Shown: positions 29,119-39,427 of the stretch, piece by piece
How the letters are laid out: each line of letters opens with the position of its first letter
Position numbering within the stretch: position 1 is the stretch's first letter
Assembly: GCA_949294555.1 (NCBI GenBank)
Contig: CASFHP010000002.1
Span: 38,087 to 102,086, forward strand
From: an uncultured Eubacteriales bacterium
GTDB taxonomy: Bacteria; Bacillota; Clostridia; TANB77; CAG-508
DNA length: 64,000 nt
Direction of reading: 5' to 3'
Notes under the pieces: generated by a model
Databases searched by the model: none
What the model saw: the letters and a program-made list of their open reading frames with translations, nothing else
Told to the model about the DNA's origin: nothing
Program-made: the position numbers and the translations under genes

Positions 29119-29880
29119 ATGACGTTAGGGGAAAGATTATTGGGATATAGAACCAATATTGGAATGAGCCAAGAAAAATTGGCAGAAAAAATAGGAGTAT
29201 CAAGACAAACAATATCTAAATGGGAAACAAATCAAAGCACACCAGACTTTGATAAAATACTACCACTATGTGAAGTATTAGGTATTACAACTGAAGAATT
29301 AATTAAAGGAGAAAAAGAAGTAAAAAATGCAGAACTTGAAGAAATAAAACAGGAAAATGAAAGAACAAAAAAAGGATATATACAAAAAAGAAATAAGAAA
29401 AAAGCAATTGTATTAAGTGTTAGTATTTTCTTATATTGTATAGCAACATTTGCTTTACCTTATATGACAGAAGTGTTAAGATATGAAGATGCTCATGCAG
29501 TAATGATTTGGGCAACTTTATGTACCATTGCAACGGTTATCATTGTATATTTCTTTGTAGCTTATCCAAATACTTATAAAGAAGATAAAGAGAAAAAAGG
29601 AATAAAAGAAGATATTGAAGAAATCAATGATACAATAGAAGAAATTGAAAAGCTAGATGATGGCCGTATAAAGATAGAAGCAGTTGGAGCAGAGAGTAAA
29701 ACAGAGGCATTAGCAATACAAATTGTAGCAACACTATTTTTAATTATATATCTTTTAGTAAGTTTTTTAACAGGGGCTTGGCATATTACTTGGATATTAT
29801 GGATTGTATTTATATTTGTTGAACTAATTATAAAATTGATTTTTAGCATGAAAGGAGAAAAAGAAAATAATGAAAAATAA
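29119..29880 (+). CDS. XRE-family HTH transcriptional regulator with a C-terminal membrane domain
   Basis: An HTH (MSQEKLAEKIGVSRQTISKWE) followed by 3-4 TM helices. Confidence 0.7.
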   Translation: MTLGERLLGYRTNIGMSQEKLAEKIGVSRQTISKWETNQSTPDFDKILPLCEVLGITTEELIKGEKEVKNAELEEIKQENERTKKGYIQKRNKKKAIVLSVSIFLYCIATFALPYMTEVLRYEDAHAVMIWATLCTIATVIIVYFFVAYPNTYKEDKEKKGIKEDIEEINDTIEEIEKLDDGRIKIEAVGAESKTEALAIQIVATLFLIIYLLVSFLTGAWHITWILWIVFIFVELIIKLIFSMKGEKENNEK

Positions 29881-30664
29881 AGGAATTAAAATTACACTTA
29901 TTATAATATTAGCAATAATAGTTATAGCATTAGTTAATTTTATGATTTATGCAATTATAAATAGAAATAATGATTATAGTGTAAATTTCTCTTTAATTGC
30001 TTTTGGTGATAATACAGAAAAAATATTTGAAAAAGAATATGAACCAGAAGAATTAGATAAAATTAATGTGGATGTTTCATCATCAAATGTGCTTATTGAA
30101 AAAGCAGATGTAGATAAAATAAAAGTTACAGCTTATGGAGAGAAAGATGAAAAGATAAATGAAACAATTAATAATCATGAACTTTCAATTACAAAAAGTA
30201 AAACAAAAGTATTTATATTTGCAATGCTTTATTGGTGTGATGAAAAAATAATAATACAAGTTCCAAATGATTGTGATGAAGAATTTAATATACAAACATC
30301 AAGTGGGGATATAGAGGTAGGAACAGTTGAAGAAAGTACAATAAAAACATCATCAGGTAAAATATTAGTAGGAGAAGCAAGAAGACTACAAGCAGAAGCG
30401 TCATCTGGTGAAATAGAAATTAATAGAATAAATGAATATTGTAATTTAACAACAAGTTCTGGAAGTATAGATATAGAAACATTGAATATAACAGAAAATT
30501 CTTCTATTAATGCGAAATCTGGAAATGTTGAGATAAAAAATAAAAATGATATATATATTGAAACAGAAACTAATTCAGGAGATGTAGATGTGAAAAATAA
30601 TAACAGAATGGCTGAAAGCGTATTAAAAATAACTACTACATCTGGAAGTATTAGAATTGATTAA
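29870..30664 (+). CDS. DUF4097 (putative adhesin/LiaG-like beta-helix) membrane-anchored protein
   Basis: An N-terminal TM, then repeated SSGxIxV/TSSGSIxI beta-strand motifs. Confidence 0.55.
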   Translation: MKNKGIKITLIIILAIIVIALVNFMIYAIINRNNDYSVNFSLIAFGDNTEKIFEKEYEPEELDKINVDVSSSNVLIEKADVDKIKVTAYGEKDEKINETINNHELSITKSKTKVFIFAMLYWCDEKIIIQVPNDCDEEFNIQTSSGDIEVGTVEESTIKTSSGKILVGEARRLQAEASSGEIEINRINEYCNLTTSSGSIDIETLNITENSSINAKSGNVEIKNKNDIYIETETNSGDVDVKNNNRMAESVLKITTTSGSIRID

Positions 30665-30748
30665 TTTTATATAAATTATAGATTATTTTCCTCTTGAATG
30701 ATATACTGTATCAAGAAAGAGGAAATATTTTCTAAAAAGGAGGATGCT

Positions 30749-30964
30749 ATGAAAATAAATAAATGGAAAGTGTTTCAAACTATACAATTATTATTATTTA
30801 TAGGAGTCAGTATATTTCTTCTTGCAAGAAGTGTTGATGGAAGTGGAACAGTAAATACTTGGAATGTAAAATTAGTAAGTTTTGCTGTATGGTTAGGATT
30901 TTATCTTTTGGTATTAGCACTTGAATATGGAATACGATTTTTAACAGTCATAAAGAAAAAATAA
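30749..30964 (+). CDS. Small two-TM membrane protein
   Basis: The RBS AAAGGAGGATG and hydrophobic helices. Confidence 0.3.
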   Translation: MKINKWKVFQTIQLLLFIGVSIFLLARSVDGSGTVNTWNVKLVSFAVWLGFYLLVLALEYGIRFLTVIKKK

Positions 30965-31058
30965 AAAAGTCTTTTTAAATAGTAGAATATGAAAGAAAAC
31001 AAGATGATGAACTAGAATTATAAATCAAGAACATTACAAAAAGAAAGAGGAGAACAAA

Positions 31059-31574
31059 ATGAATATATCAATAGAAGAAGCAACAATTAACGATATAGAT
31101 GAAATTATTAATCTAAAGAAAAAAATTTGGAATGATTTAGAAAATAAAGATTGGTATGTTATAGATGGAACAAACAAAGAATTTCTAATAAAACAATTAG
31201 AAAATGAAGGATTAATATTAAAAGCAATAAATAATAATAAAATTATAGGATTTTTAATAATGGCAAATAATCTAAATAGAGATAGTTTTATTATAAAAAA
31301 ATCACATTTAGAAACAGAATTTGATAAAAGTATAGAATTATCTAATGGAGCAGTAGATGCTGGATATAGAGGAAATAACTTATATGGAAAAATGATAAAG
31401 GAAGCAGAAGATATTATTACAAATAGATATAATATTAAATATATATTGGCAACAGTTCACCCAGAAAATATTGCTAGTTGGAAAAGTTTAATAAATTTAG
31501 GATACAAAATTATCTGTAAATCTAAAATGTATGGTGACTTAGATAGATATATTTTATTAAAAAAATTAATTTGA
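31059..31574 (+). CDS. GNAT family N-acetyltransferase
   Basis: The motif GYRGNNLYGKMI and a GNAT-sized protein. Confidence 0.6.
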   Translation: MNISIEEATINDIDEIINLKKKIWNDLENKDWYVIDGTNKEFLIKQLENEGLILKAINNNKIIGFLIMANNLNRDSFIIKKSHLETEFDKSIELSNGAVDAGYRGNNLYGKMIKEAEDIITNRYNIKYILATVHPENIASWKSLINLGYKIICKSKMYGDLDRYILLKKLI

Positions 31575-31579
31575 AGAAA

Positions 31580-32280
31580 TAGACCAAGAGAAAAAGGAAA
31601 ATATAACAATTTTAGAATCGATAAAAGATATTAAACAAGGCTTTAAATTTATCATAAAATCAGAAAGATTAAAAGCATTATTTCTTTTTACAGCAATATT
31701 TGCAGGTGTTTTATCAATGATTACTACTTATGAAAAAAGTTTATTAACAGATTTGCAAGTAGTACCACAATATTTTGGAATTATATTTGCACTATTAACA
31801 CTTGTTCAATGTTTTTCAGTAGGATATCAAGATAAAATACATAACACTTTAAAAAATAAGACATTAGCTTTTATAGCTATTCCTATATTCATATCCTTTA
31901 TTATGATTGGAATTGTTACGAATTTAAATTTGAATTTTGTTTTAACCATTATAGTTGTTATGATAGCATATTTTATGCATCATTTCTTTAGAGGACCATA
32001 TTGGGTGCTAAAGGAAAGATATATTACAAATTTTACAAATTCAGACAATAGAGCAAAAATCTTATCTGTGAATAATTTTATACAATATATAGGAGAGATT
32101 GTAATAAAGTTTTTAGGAGGATTATTGTTAGAATATTATTCTACGGGTACATCTTACTTAATAGTGGGAGTAGTTGGCTTATTTATTATATTATTTATAC
32201 TAAAATACATGAAAGGTAGAGTAGGGTTAAATCCAGAAGATTATAATGAACAAGATATAGGATATATAGAACACAATTAA
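31580..32280 (+). pseudogene. 5'-truncated remnant of an MFS transporter (C-terminal half only)
   Basis: The in-frame upstream stretch ...ERLKALFLFTAIFAGV continues into ORF 31717..32280. The C-terminus YMKGRVGLNPEDY resembles another remnant at 28834-28880. Confidence 0.45.
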
Positions 32281-32366
32281 TTTTATAATATAAGTAACGG
32301 CGGAATCTTTAAAATCAATTCCACCGTTACATCTACGATAAACAATATACAATTAGGAGATGTATT

Positions 32367-32804
32367 TTGATGTTAGAAATAAAAAGTAATAAAGACGAAG
32401 AATTTGATAAAATAATAAGGACCAATTTAAGAAAATTCAATAAAAGCAAATGTCAATGGATGATAGAAAATTTACCTGATATTCCAGAAGATGATTATTA
32501 TAATTTTGCAGTATATGATGATGAAATTTTAATAGGAGGAGCAACAGGCATAATTGAATTTGATTGGTATTTTCTAGAAGAATTATGGATAGATGAAAAA
32601 TATAGAAATCAGCATATTGGAACAATGCTAATAGAAAAAATAGAAGAATTAGCAAAAAACAAAAATCTAACAGGAATAAGAATGGAAACATGGAATTTCC
32701 AAGCAAGAGGATTTTATGAGAAAAACGGATATGAAGTATATGCCGAAATCGAAGATTGTCCTCCAGGTACAATAGAGTATTTCTTAAAGAAAAGACTTAA
32801 ATAA
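32367..32804 (+). CDS. GNAT family N-acetyltransferase
   Basis: The motif NQHIGTMLIEKIEELAK and a GNAT fold-sized protein. Confidence 0.7.
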   Translation: MMLEIKSNKDEEFDKIIRTNLRKFNKSKCQWMIENLPDIPEDDYYNFAVYDDEILIGGATGIIEFDWYFLEELWIDEKYRNQHIGTMLIEKIEELAKNKNLTGIRMETWNFQARGFYEKNGYEVYAEIEDCPPGTIEYFLKKRLK

Positions 32805-32840
32805 AATTTAATTGAAATGAGGGAAATAAGGAGGAAAAAT

Positions 32841-34055
32841 ATGAATATAGGAATAGATATAGATGGAGTCTTAACAAATGATGATGATTGCTTAATAGAT
32901 ACAATAACAAAATATGTATTTGAAAATAATTTAGAAGGATTAAAAAGACCTTATGAATATGAATATGGAAAAGTAAATTGGAATCAAAATATATTAGATA
33001 ATTATAGGGAAAAATATTTTTGGGATTATTGTCAAAATGAACCTGCTAGAAAATATGCAAGTGAAGTAATAAAAAAACTAAAAGATGAAGGAAATAGCAT
33101 ATACATTATAACTTCAAGACATTTTACAATAGAAAATACTAAAGAAGGCGAAAGGTCAAGAAAAATTGTAAAAGATTGGTTAAAGAAAAACAAAATAATA
33201 TATGACGAATTATATTTTTCGCCAGATAAAACAAAGGAAATTGATACATTAAAAATAGATATAATGATAGAGGACAGCCCAGAAACTATACCAACATTTG
33301 TAAAACATACACATATTTTTTGCTATGATTGCAGATATAATAGAGATTTGAAATTAGATAATATGACAAGAGTATTTAGTTGGTATGATATATATTCTAA
33401 AATTAAAGAAATAGAAAACAAAAATAAAATCGTTATATTTGATTGGGGAGGCGTCATAGAAAGTCACAAAGACGGAGAATATTCAGTAGATAAAGCTATC
33501 ATAAATCTTATAAAGCATTTTAATAGTAAAGAAGATGAAAAAACAATAGTAGAAAGATACCATTCTCAATCAGTAGAAGATATAACCTATCATATTTATT
33601 TGGAAAATGATAGATGGTTTGAAAAAATAAAAAAAGAATTTAATTTAGAATGTAATTCAGAGGAATTTTACGATTATTACATAAAAGAATTCGATAAAAT
33701 TGATTATTACAAAGATGTAGTAGAATTTGCTCATAGCTTAAAAGATAAATGTAAAATTGGAATTTTATCAAATCTTGGATCATTAGATAAGCAAAGATTA
33801 GATAAACAAGTCGATTTGAAAGAGTTTAATTATGTATGGCTTTCATTTGAATTAAACTGTCGTAAACCTAAAGAGAAAATTTATGAAATAGTAGAAAAAG
33901 ACTGTAAGATAGAACCTAAAAATATCCTATTTGTTGATGATAGCGAAGAAAATATTGAAGTAGCAAAAAGTAGAGGATGGAATACTTGTTTAGCAACAGG
34001 ACATGAATTAGATAAAATAAAAAATAGTATAAATAAGTTTCTAAATTTGAAATAA
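32841..34055 (+). CDS. Tandem HAD-superfamily protein (N-terminal 5'(3')-deoxyribonucleotidase-like plus C-terminal HAD-IA hydrolase)
   Basis: Two DxD phosphatase motifs are present (GIDIDGVLT and IVIFDWGGVI), with a C-terminal VDDSEEN. Confidence 0.6.
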   Translation: MNIGIDIDGVLTNDDDCLIDTITKYVFENNLEGLKRPYEYEYGKVNWNQNILDNYREKYFWDYCQNEPARKYASEVIKKLKDEGNSIYIITSRHFTIENTKEGERSRKIVKDWLKKNKIIYDELYFSPDKTKEIDTLKIDIMIEDSPETIPTFVKHTHIFCYDCRYNRDLKLDNMTRVFSWYDIYSKIKEIENKNKIVIFDWGGVIESHKDGEYSVDKAIINLIKHFNSKEDEKTIVERYHSQSVEDITYHIYLENDRWFEKIKKEFNLECNSEEFYDYYIKEFDKIDYYKDVVEFAHSLKDKCKIGILSNLGSLDKQRLDKQVDLKEFNYVWLSFELNCRKPKEKIYEIVEKDCKIEPKNILFVDDSEENIEVAKSRGWNTCLATGHELDKIKNSINKFLNLK

Positions 34056-34181
34056 ACAGGAGCAAACAATGAAAGTAAAATTATTAGGGACAGGAGCAAT
34101 ATATTCAAAATATGTTTCAGAATGAGTATATGAAGAATGGGAGAAAAAATATTTATTTAAAAAGTTAGGAGAAAAATAAAT

Positions 34182-34970
34182 ATGAAAGTATTAAGTTATA
34201 ATATTTATGGAATAAAAAATGTTGAAAGCCCAACACCTAGTTGGGAAATAAGGCAAGAAAATTTATATAAAATTATAAACAAGATTTTAATAGATCAAGA
34301 AATTAAAGTATTATGTTTTCAAGAAGTAAATCAAAATAATATGATGTTAATTCAAAAAATATGTGATGAAAATAGTTTTATTATTTTAGAAAAATTTCCA
34401 ATGAAAACTAGAACAATAAATCAATACAATATTGTTGCTATAAAAAATGATAAAGAAATTCATGTAAATAATATTTATTGTTTACCACATGGCAAAGATG
34501 AGGAATATAAGGAGATTAAGGAACAAGTTATAGATTATGGCATGAGTGATTATAGGACAACAGTTTTTGTTTATATTACCTATCAAAATAAAAAATATGT
34601 AATAGGTAATATTCACACAGATTATAAATCATCTGAAGGAAAAATAAAAGGTACAGTTAAATCTTTAGATTATATGGATAAAATTTATGCAGACTATAAG
34701 TTAATTGTAGGAGATATGAATATGGTTTCTCATATGTCTGAAGCAAACGAAATTTTACAACAAAAAAATAATTATACGACTATTTCTAAAAATACTATCG
34801 TGGAAAATTCATATCATGGATATGGTGTAAATGAATCTGTTAATGTAGATTTTGCTTTTGTTGAAAAAAGTAAAATAAATAAGTATGCATATAAAATTAT
34901 AAAACAAGAAAATATGATGAAAGAAGGTTCAGACCATAGACCAGTTGTTATTACAATAAATGAAAACTAA
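34182..34970 (+). CDS. Endonuclease/exonuclease/phosphatase (EEP) family protein
   Basis: The motifs LSYNIYG, CFQEV, GDMNM and SDHRP. Confidence 0.65.
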   Translation: MKVLSYNIYGIKNVESPTPSWEIRQENLYKIINKILIDQEIKVLCFQEVNQNNMMLIQKICDENSFIILEKFPMKTRTINQYNIVAIKNDKEIHVNNIYCLPHGKDEEYKEIKEQVIDYGMSDYRTTVFVYITYQNKKYVIGNIHTDYKSSEGKIKGTVKSLDYMDKIYADYKLIVGDMNMVSHMSEANEILQQKNNYTTISKNTIVENSYHGYGVNESVNVDFAFVEKSKINKYAYKIIKQENMMKEGSDHRPVVITINEN

Positions 34971-35299
34971 ATCTAGAATATCGATCTGATATAGAAGTTG
35001 ATAACCATTTTCGTAAGGTCACGAAAATGGTCCCAATAGACTCAGGAGCAAAAAGAAGATTACAAGACTATATGCTTTACAAGATATTCTTGTTACTTAA
35101 TTGCTCAAAATGGAGATTCTAAAAAAGAAGAAATCGCATTTGCCCAAACATATAATGTAACGAAAAAAGATATCTATTACTCTTTCTTTTTGTTAAAAAA
35201 TATGGTAAAATATAAGAAAATTTTTTAGAAATTCCGTTCTAAAAAATTAATGGTAACTCGTTAATTTAGTTTAGAAAGCCAATTGACAAGGAGGAAAAG

Positions 35300-35554
35300 A
35301 TGGAAAATATAACATTAGTATCTAGTACAGAAGGAACAATCAAAATAAAGATCAGATGTCTTCGTTTTTCTGAAGAAAAACGAAGATTTATAGAAGAAAG
35401 AGCAATAGTTCGGAATCTTTTTATGCCCCAAATGGGATGGGGAGGATTAGAATGGCCTTTTGTATATGTAAGGGGAGAAGAAGAAGATATAAAAAAATTC
35501 TTTAATGATTTAAAGGAATACTTTTTTTTAAATCCATTCTATGATAAAAACTAG
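35300..35554 (+). CDS. Hypothetical protein
   Basis: An ORF with the RBS AGGAGG. There is no recognisable family. Confidence 0.3.
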   Translation: MENITLVSSTEGTIKIKIRCLRFSEEKRRFIEERAIVRNLFMPQMGWGGLEWPFVYVRGEEEDIKKFFNDLKEYFFLNPFYDKN

Positions 35555-35931
35555 ATTTAATGGTGTATAAGTTAAAGGGTTGCAATTAGCGACCCTTTAA
35601 ATATTTTACAACTCATTATGAAATTAAATGATTTAGATAAAAAATAAATATTAGAAAAAAATTTTGATGGACAAATCTATAAAGATTATAGTATATAAAA
35701 AATAAAGGAGAAGATATTATTGTTAGAAGAAAGTAGTAAAAGAATAGGTGAAAGACAAAAAGAATTGAATCGAAAATTAACAGAAGAGGAAAAAGACAAA
35801 ATATTGGATGATTGCTATAATGAGTATGAATATAGACTATAATTAATATTATAATATAAAGAATAACGGTGGAATCTACAAATTGAATTCCACCGTTTCT
35901 GCCATATTCGTGGCAGATGTTGTTTTGCTTG

Positions 35932-36315
35932 TTAGCTCTGATTTTTAGCAAATCTCTTCATTACTTCATCTTCGGTAAAAGTTCCCTTCACGTCAAAAAT
36001 CCTCCACTTTTCCGTTCCAAGAGCAGAGTAGGCAAGTCCAGGTTCACCCAAGATAATATTGATATCTTCTCCAACTAATGATTTGAAATCCTCAAATTGT
36101 ATGCAGTTTTCCGTATCATAGTACAAACCTAACAACAACAATAAGGACTCAAAATGCTCATTGGTAAAACCAATTGGTAATGTTGCTCCATCATCATGAA
36201 ATCGGATAATAAATCCAAATGTTATCCGATTTTCATTGATGTTAAAAGATACATTTGCATCAACAATCTTAGCTTTCCTAACTTTCATGTAATTCATCCT
36301 TTCTACATTTTGCAA
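35932..36315 (-). CDS. Hypothetical protein, paralog A of a duplicated small gene (possible immunity-type protein)
   Basis: It begins MQNVERMNYM and ends ...TEDEVMKRFAKNQS. It is paralogous to 37154..37552, and the flanking DNA is conserved on both sides. Confidence 0.45.
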   Translation of the reverse strand: MQNVERMNYMKVRKAKIVDANVSFNINENRITFGFIIRFHDDGATLPIGFTNEHFESLLLLLGLYYDTENCIQFEDFKSLVGEDINIILGEPGLAYSALGTEKWRIFDVKGTFTEDEVMKRFAKNQS

Positions 36316-36441
36316 AACATATATTTCTGTGTTACCGTTAAATTATACCATAATCAACCATATTATGCAAACTGAACAATACTTTATTTTTTATTGCATA
36401 TATGATAGTATATAGATAAATTTAATAATTAGGAGATAATA

Positions 36442-37083
36442 ATGATAAAAAATAATCAAGAATATTGGAATGAAGGATATTGGAAAAGAGTCATAAATAA
36501 TCAAAAAAAATTATTTAAAAGTGAAAATTGGCTAGATAAATATAAAGGAATTATTAATAAAGTTGAAGGCAATAGTGTAGTTGATTTAGGATGTGGGATA
36601 GGTCAAGATACAAAATGGTTAATAAATAATGGTTTTGATGTTATATCTTGTGATATATCAAGCATTGCATTGGAAAAATTAAAAGAATTTATTCCAGAAA
36701 GTAAAACATTACAAATAGATATACGAGAAACATTACCATTTAAAGATAACTCAATTAATTTAGTTAATGCTGATTTATCTATTCATTATTTTAATATGAC
36801 GGATACAATAAAAGTTTTTAATGAGATAAATAGAATATTAATACCAAATGGAATGCTTATAGGGAGAGTAAATTCAGATAAAAATGAAGGATATATAAGA
36901 GAAGAAACAAAAATAATAGAAGATAATTATTATTATGACTTCGAAAAATATTTTAGATTATTTAATAAAGAACAGTTTGATATATTAAGTAAAAATTGGA
37001 AAACAATTGTACTTAATGAAGATGTCATAACAAGAGTAAATAAGAAAAAGGTATTATGGGAATTTATTTTTCAAAAAATATAA
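36442..37083 (+). CDS. Class I SAM-dependent methyltransferase
   Basis: Motif I VVDLGCGIGQD and a motif II acidic residue at DVISCD. Confidence 0.7.
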   Translation: MIKNNQEYWNEGYWKRVINNQKKLFKSENWLDKYKGIINKVEGNSVVDLGCGIGQDTKWLINNGFDVISCDISSIALEKLKEFIPESKTLQIDIRETLPFKDNSINLVNADLSIHYFNMTDTIKVFNEINRILIPNGMLIGRVNSDKNEGYIREETKIIEDNYYYDFEKYFRLFNKEQFDILSKNWKTIVLNEDVITRVNKKKVLWEFIFQKI

Positions 37084-37153
37084 AAAAACAAGGAGGACTT
37101 TTTGATTTCCTCCCTGTTTCTGCTATAATTTCTAGCAGAGGCTGTTTTGCTTG

Positions 37154-37552
37154 TTAGCTCCGATTTTTACTTGCCAGAATTTCCCGAGTTTCATCTTCGG
37201 TATAGAGCCGCTTTTCTTTGGCATTTACCACCACCCACTTATCAAGGATATATGGATTGGCAAATGCTATTCCAGATTGCTCTCCTGAAAAAACTAAGAC
37301 TTCGTTGTTATCAAGTTCTGATAAGAAACAAGTAGTATTTCGAGGAAAATACAAGTTCAACAGTAGGTACAATGTATCCAAATCTCCTTCATTTTCTTCT
37401 TTGAAGGAAATTCCGAAAGAGGAGTTATCATCATCAAAGTGGACGACAAATCCTAGTTCGAGTTTACCGTTGAGTAGATTTACAATTGTGTAGGTGTCTT
37501 TAATCCGAGCTTTTCTTTTTTCCATACAGTTCATCCTTTCTGCATTTTGCAA
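37154..37552 (-). CDS. Hypothetical protein, paralog B of the duplicated small gene
   Basis: It begins MQNAERMNCM and ends ...TEDETREILASKNRS. Its upstream and downstream flanks are similar to those of paralog A. Confidence 0.45.
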   Translation of the reverse strand: MQNAERMNCMEKRKARIKDTYTIVNLLNGKLELGFVVHFDDDNSSFGISFKEENEGDLDTLYLLLNLYFPRNTTCFLSELDNNEVLVFSGEQSGIAFANPYILDKWVVVNAKEKRLYTEDETREILASKNRS

Positions 37553-37695
37553 AACATTTGTTTTTTAGTTACTACTGTTATATTATAGCATATTAAAGCA
37601 TTTTACGCAAATAAAGAAAATATATTTTTACAAATGAACAGATTTATGGTATAATATAATAGCAACAAAAAATTGTGTTTTGAAAGGAGTAAGAT

Positions 37696-37935
37696 ATGGG
37701 TAAACGGAAATATGACAGAATAATAGGATTATTAACAAATATTAATTGTTCAGGAACTCATTATAAAAAATTAGGTTATACTGATATATTAGCAGATATT
37801 GGAGAACCGATTATTTACATTGATGAGAATGGAAACAAGGTTGATACTGGAGAAAAAGTACATACGACAGATTATGATAATTCTGTCCCAGAAGCAACTG
37901 TTGTGAACAACAAGTATGTTTTAATTTGGATTTAA
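37696..37935 (+). CDS. Hypothetical protein
   Basis: An ORF with the RBS AAAGGAG. Confidence 0.3.
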   Translation: MGKRKYDRIIGLLTNINCSGTHYKKLGYTDILADIGEPIIYIDENGNKVDTGEKVHTTDYDNSVPEATVVNNKYVLIWI

Positions 37936-38234
37936 ATTACCCAAAAAGAAGCTCAAAAATAGCAATTTAGATACGACAAAAAAGCAAGGAAGATAATTTC
38001 TAATTAGGATTTTATCTTCCTTGTCTATAATTTAAATTTTATTTATACATTTTAACTGTTCTAGTAGATGTTTTTCTAAAACAATTTACAAGTTACTAAA
38101 TTAATTATAGCATATTTGGGCTAAAATATTTAAAAAATCAAGGGTTTAGAAATTTATAAACAATAAAATTCTTATAGTTTGTAGAATATTTTTAATTCAT
38201 ATGATATACTGCAATTAAAAAAGGAGTTTTAATC

Positions 38235-38642
38235 ATGAAAATACAATTAATTGGAACAGGAACAATACCTGATATTGCAAATAGTGCAAGTGTATTGATA
38301 AATGACCATATATTATTTGATATGCCAAATGGTAATTTAAAAGCAATGATAAGGCAAAATATAGATATAATGAGAATAGATACTTTAATTATATCTCATA
38401 CTCATGCAGACCATTGTTTTGATGTACCATTTTTATTATGGTATAAGAAAGATTATTATAAATCAGGATATAAATTATCTACAAAAATTGTAACAGATGA
38501 ATTTACTAAAGATACAGTAGAAAACTTAATAGACTTATCATATTTTGGTTCTGCAAAAGAAGCAGAAAAAAAGGGAATAAATGCTTGGCATATAAGTAGT
38601 TTTTTAGATTGGCAATGGCTAGAAATTTTAACTATTGCTTGA
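38235..38642 (+). pseudogene. Truncated MBL-fold metallo-hydrolase (N-terminal half only)
   Basis: HxHxDH motif ISHTHADH present, but the ORF ends at 135 aa. A similar N-terminal relic, MKVKLLGTGAIYSKY, lies at about 34069-34125. Confidence 0.45.
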
Positions 38643-38751
38643 TTTCTACAAGTTTTCATGCTAAAATGGTAAGGATACTTATTAATGCCCTTTGAGGTGA
38701 TTCAAACATCTTGGAGGGAAACTCCGAGATGAATATTAAGGAGGAAAAGCT

Positions 38752-39039
38752 ATGTTAATACCAGTATTAGTAGGTAACGATTTTGAGGACAGAGAGTCTG
38801 TAAAGGACCATTATGGCAGATGGATTTGTGAAGGAATGTATGTAAATGAAGTTTCATATATTACCGATTCACAACAACGGCAAGGATGGGTTACAGAAAC
38901 AATGGATGAAAAAGAGGGACAAGGAAAAATCAAGGTTCAAGTTGTACGAGTGGATGGAGAGATTCTAGATGAAGATGATTTCTATGAAACGGACTTTGAA
39001 CCAGGAAGTAACTGGTGTAAAGCATTAGTAGATGGCTAA
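38752..39039 (+). CDS. Hypothetical protein
   Basis: An ORF with the RBS AAGGAGG. Confidence 0.3.
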   Translation: MLIPVLVGNDFEDRESVKDHYGRWICEGMYVNEVSYITDSQQRQGWVTETMDEKEGQGKIKVQVVRVDGEILDEDDFYETDFEPGSNWCKALVDG

Positions 39040-39427
39040 ATGTATTTGCTAAAATGAAATGCTCCCAAAATAGATATTGTGTAAATTATTTATGCAATTG
39101 TTTATTTTGGGGGTTTTCTAATAATTATCAAAATTATATTTATTACTGATTATTTAAATGAACATCTTTTTTTAATAAAGAAATAATTTAGGTATAGAAT
39201 ATTTGCTTCTTATAGTGCATGGATTAGGTCAAACAGAAAAAAGTTGGAATAAGATTATAGAAGAATTAGATAAAAGCAATATAAAGGAAGAAAATCCATA
39301 GGTGATTATAGACCAGCAAATGGAACTTTTCAAGGATTAAACAATTTTCATTCAATAATGATGGTTTATAAAATTTAATAGCTTAATAAAAATAATACAA
39401 AATTAAAATATTAGGAGGATAATTACA

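Noticed and set aside
37147-37493. Two + strand ORFs (62 and 91 aa) overlapping paralog B
   Set aside because: They are antisense to a gene that has a conserved paralog. No RBS is present.
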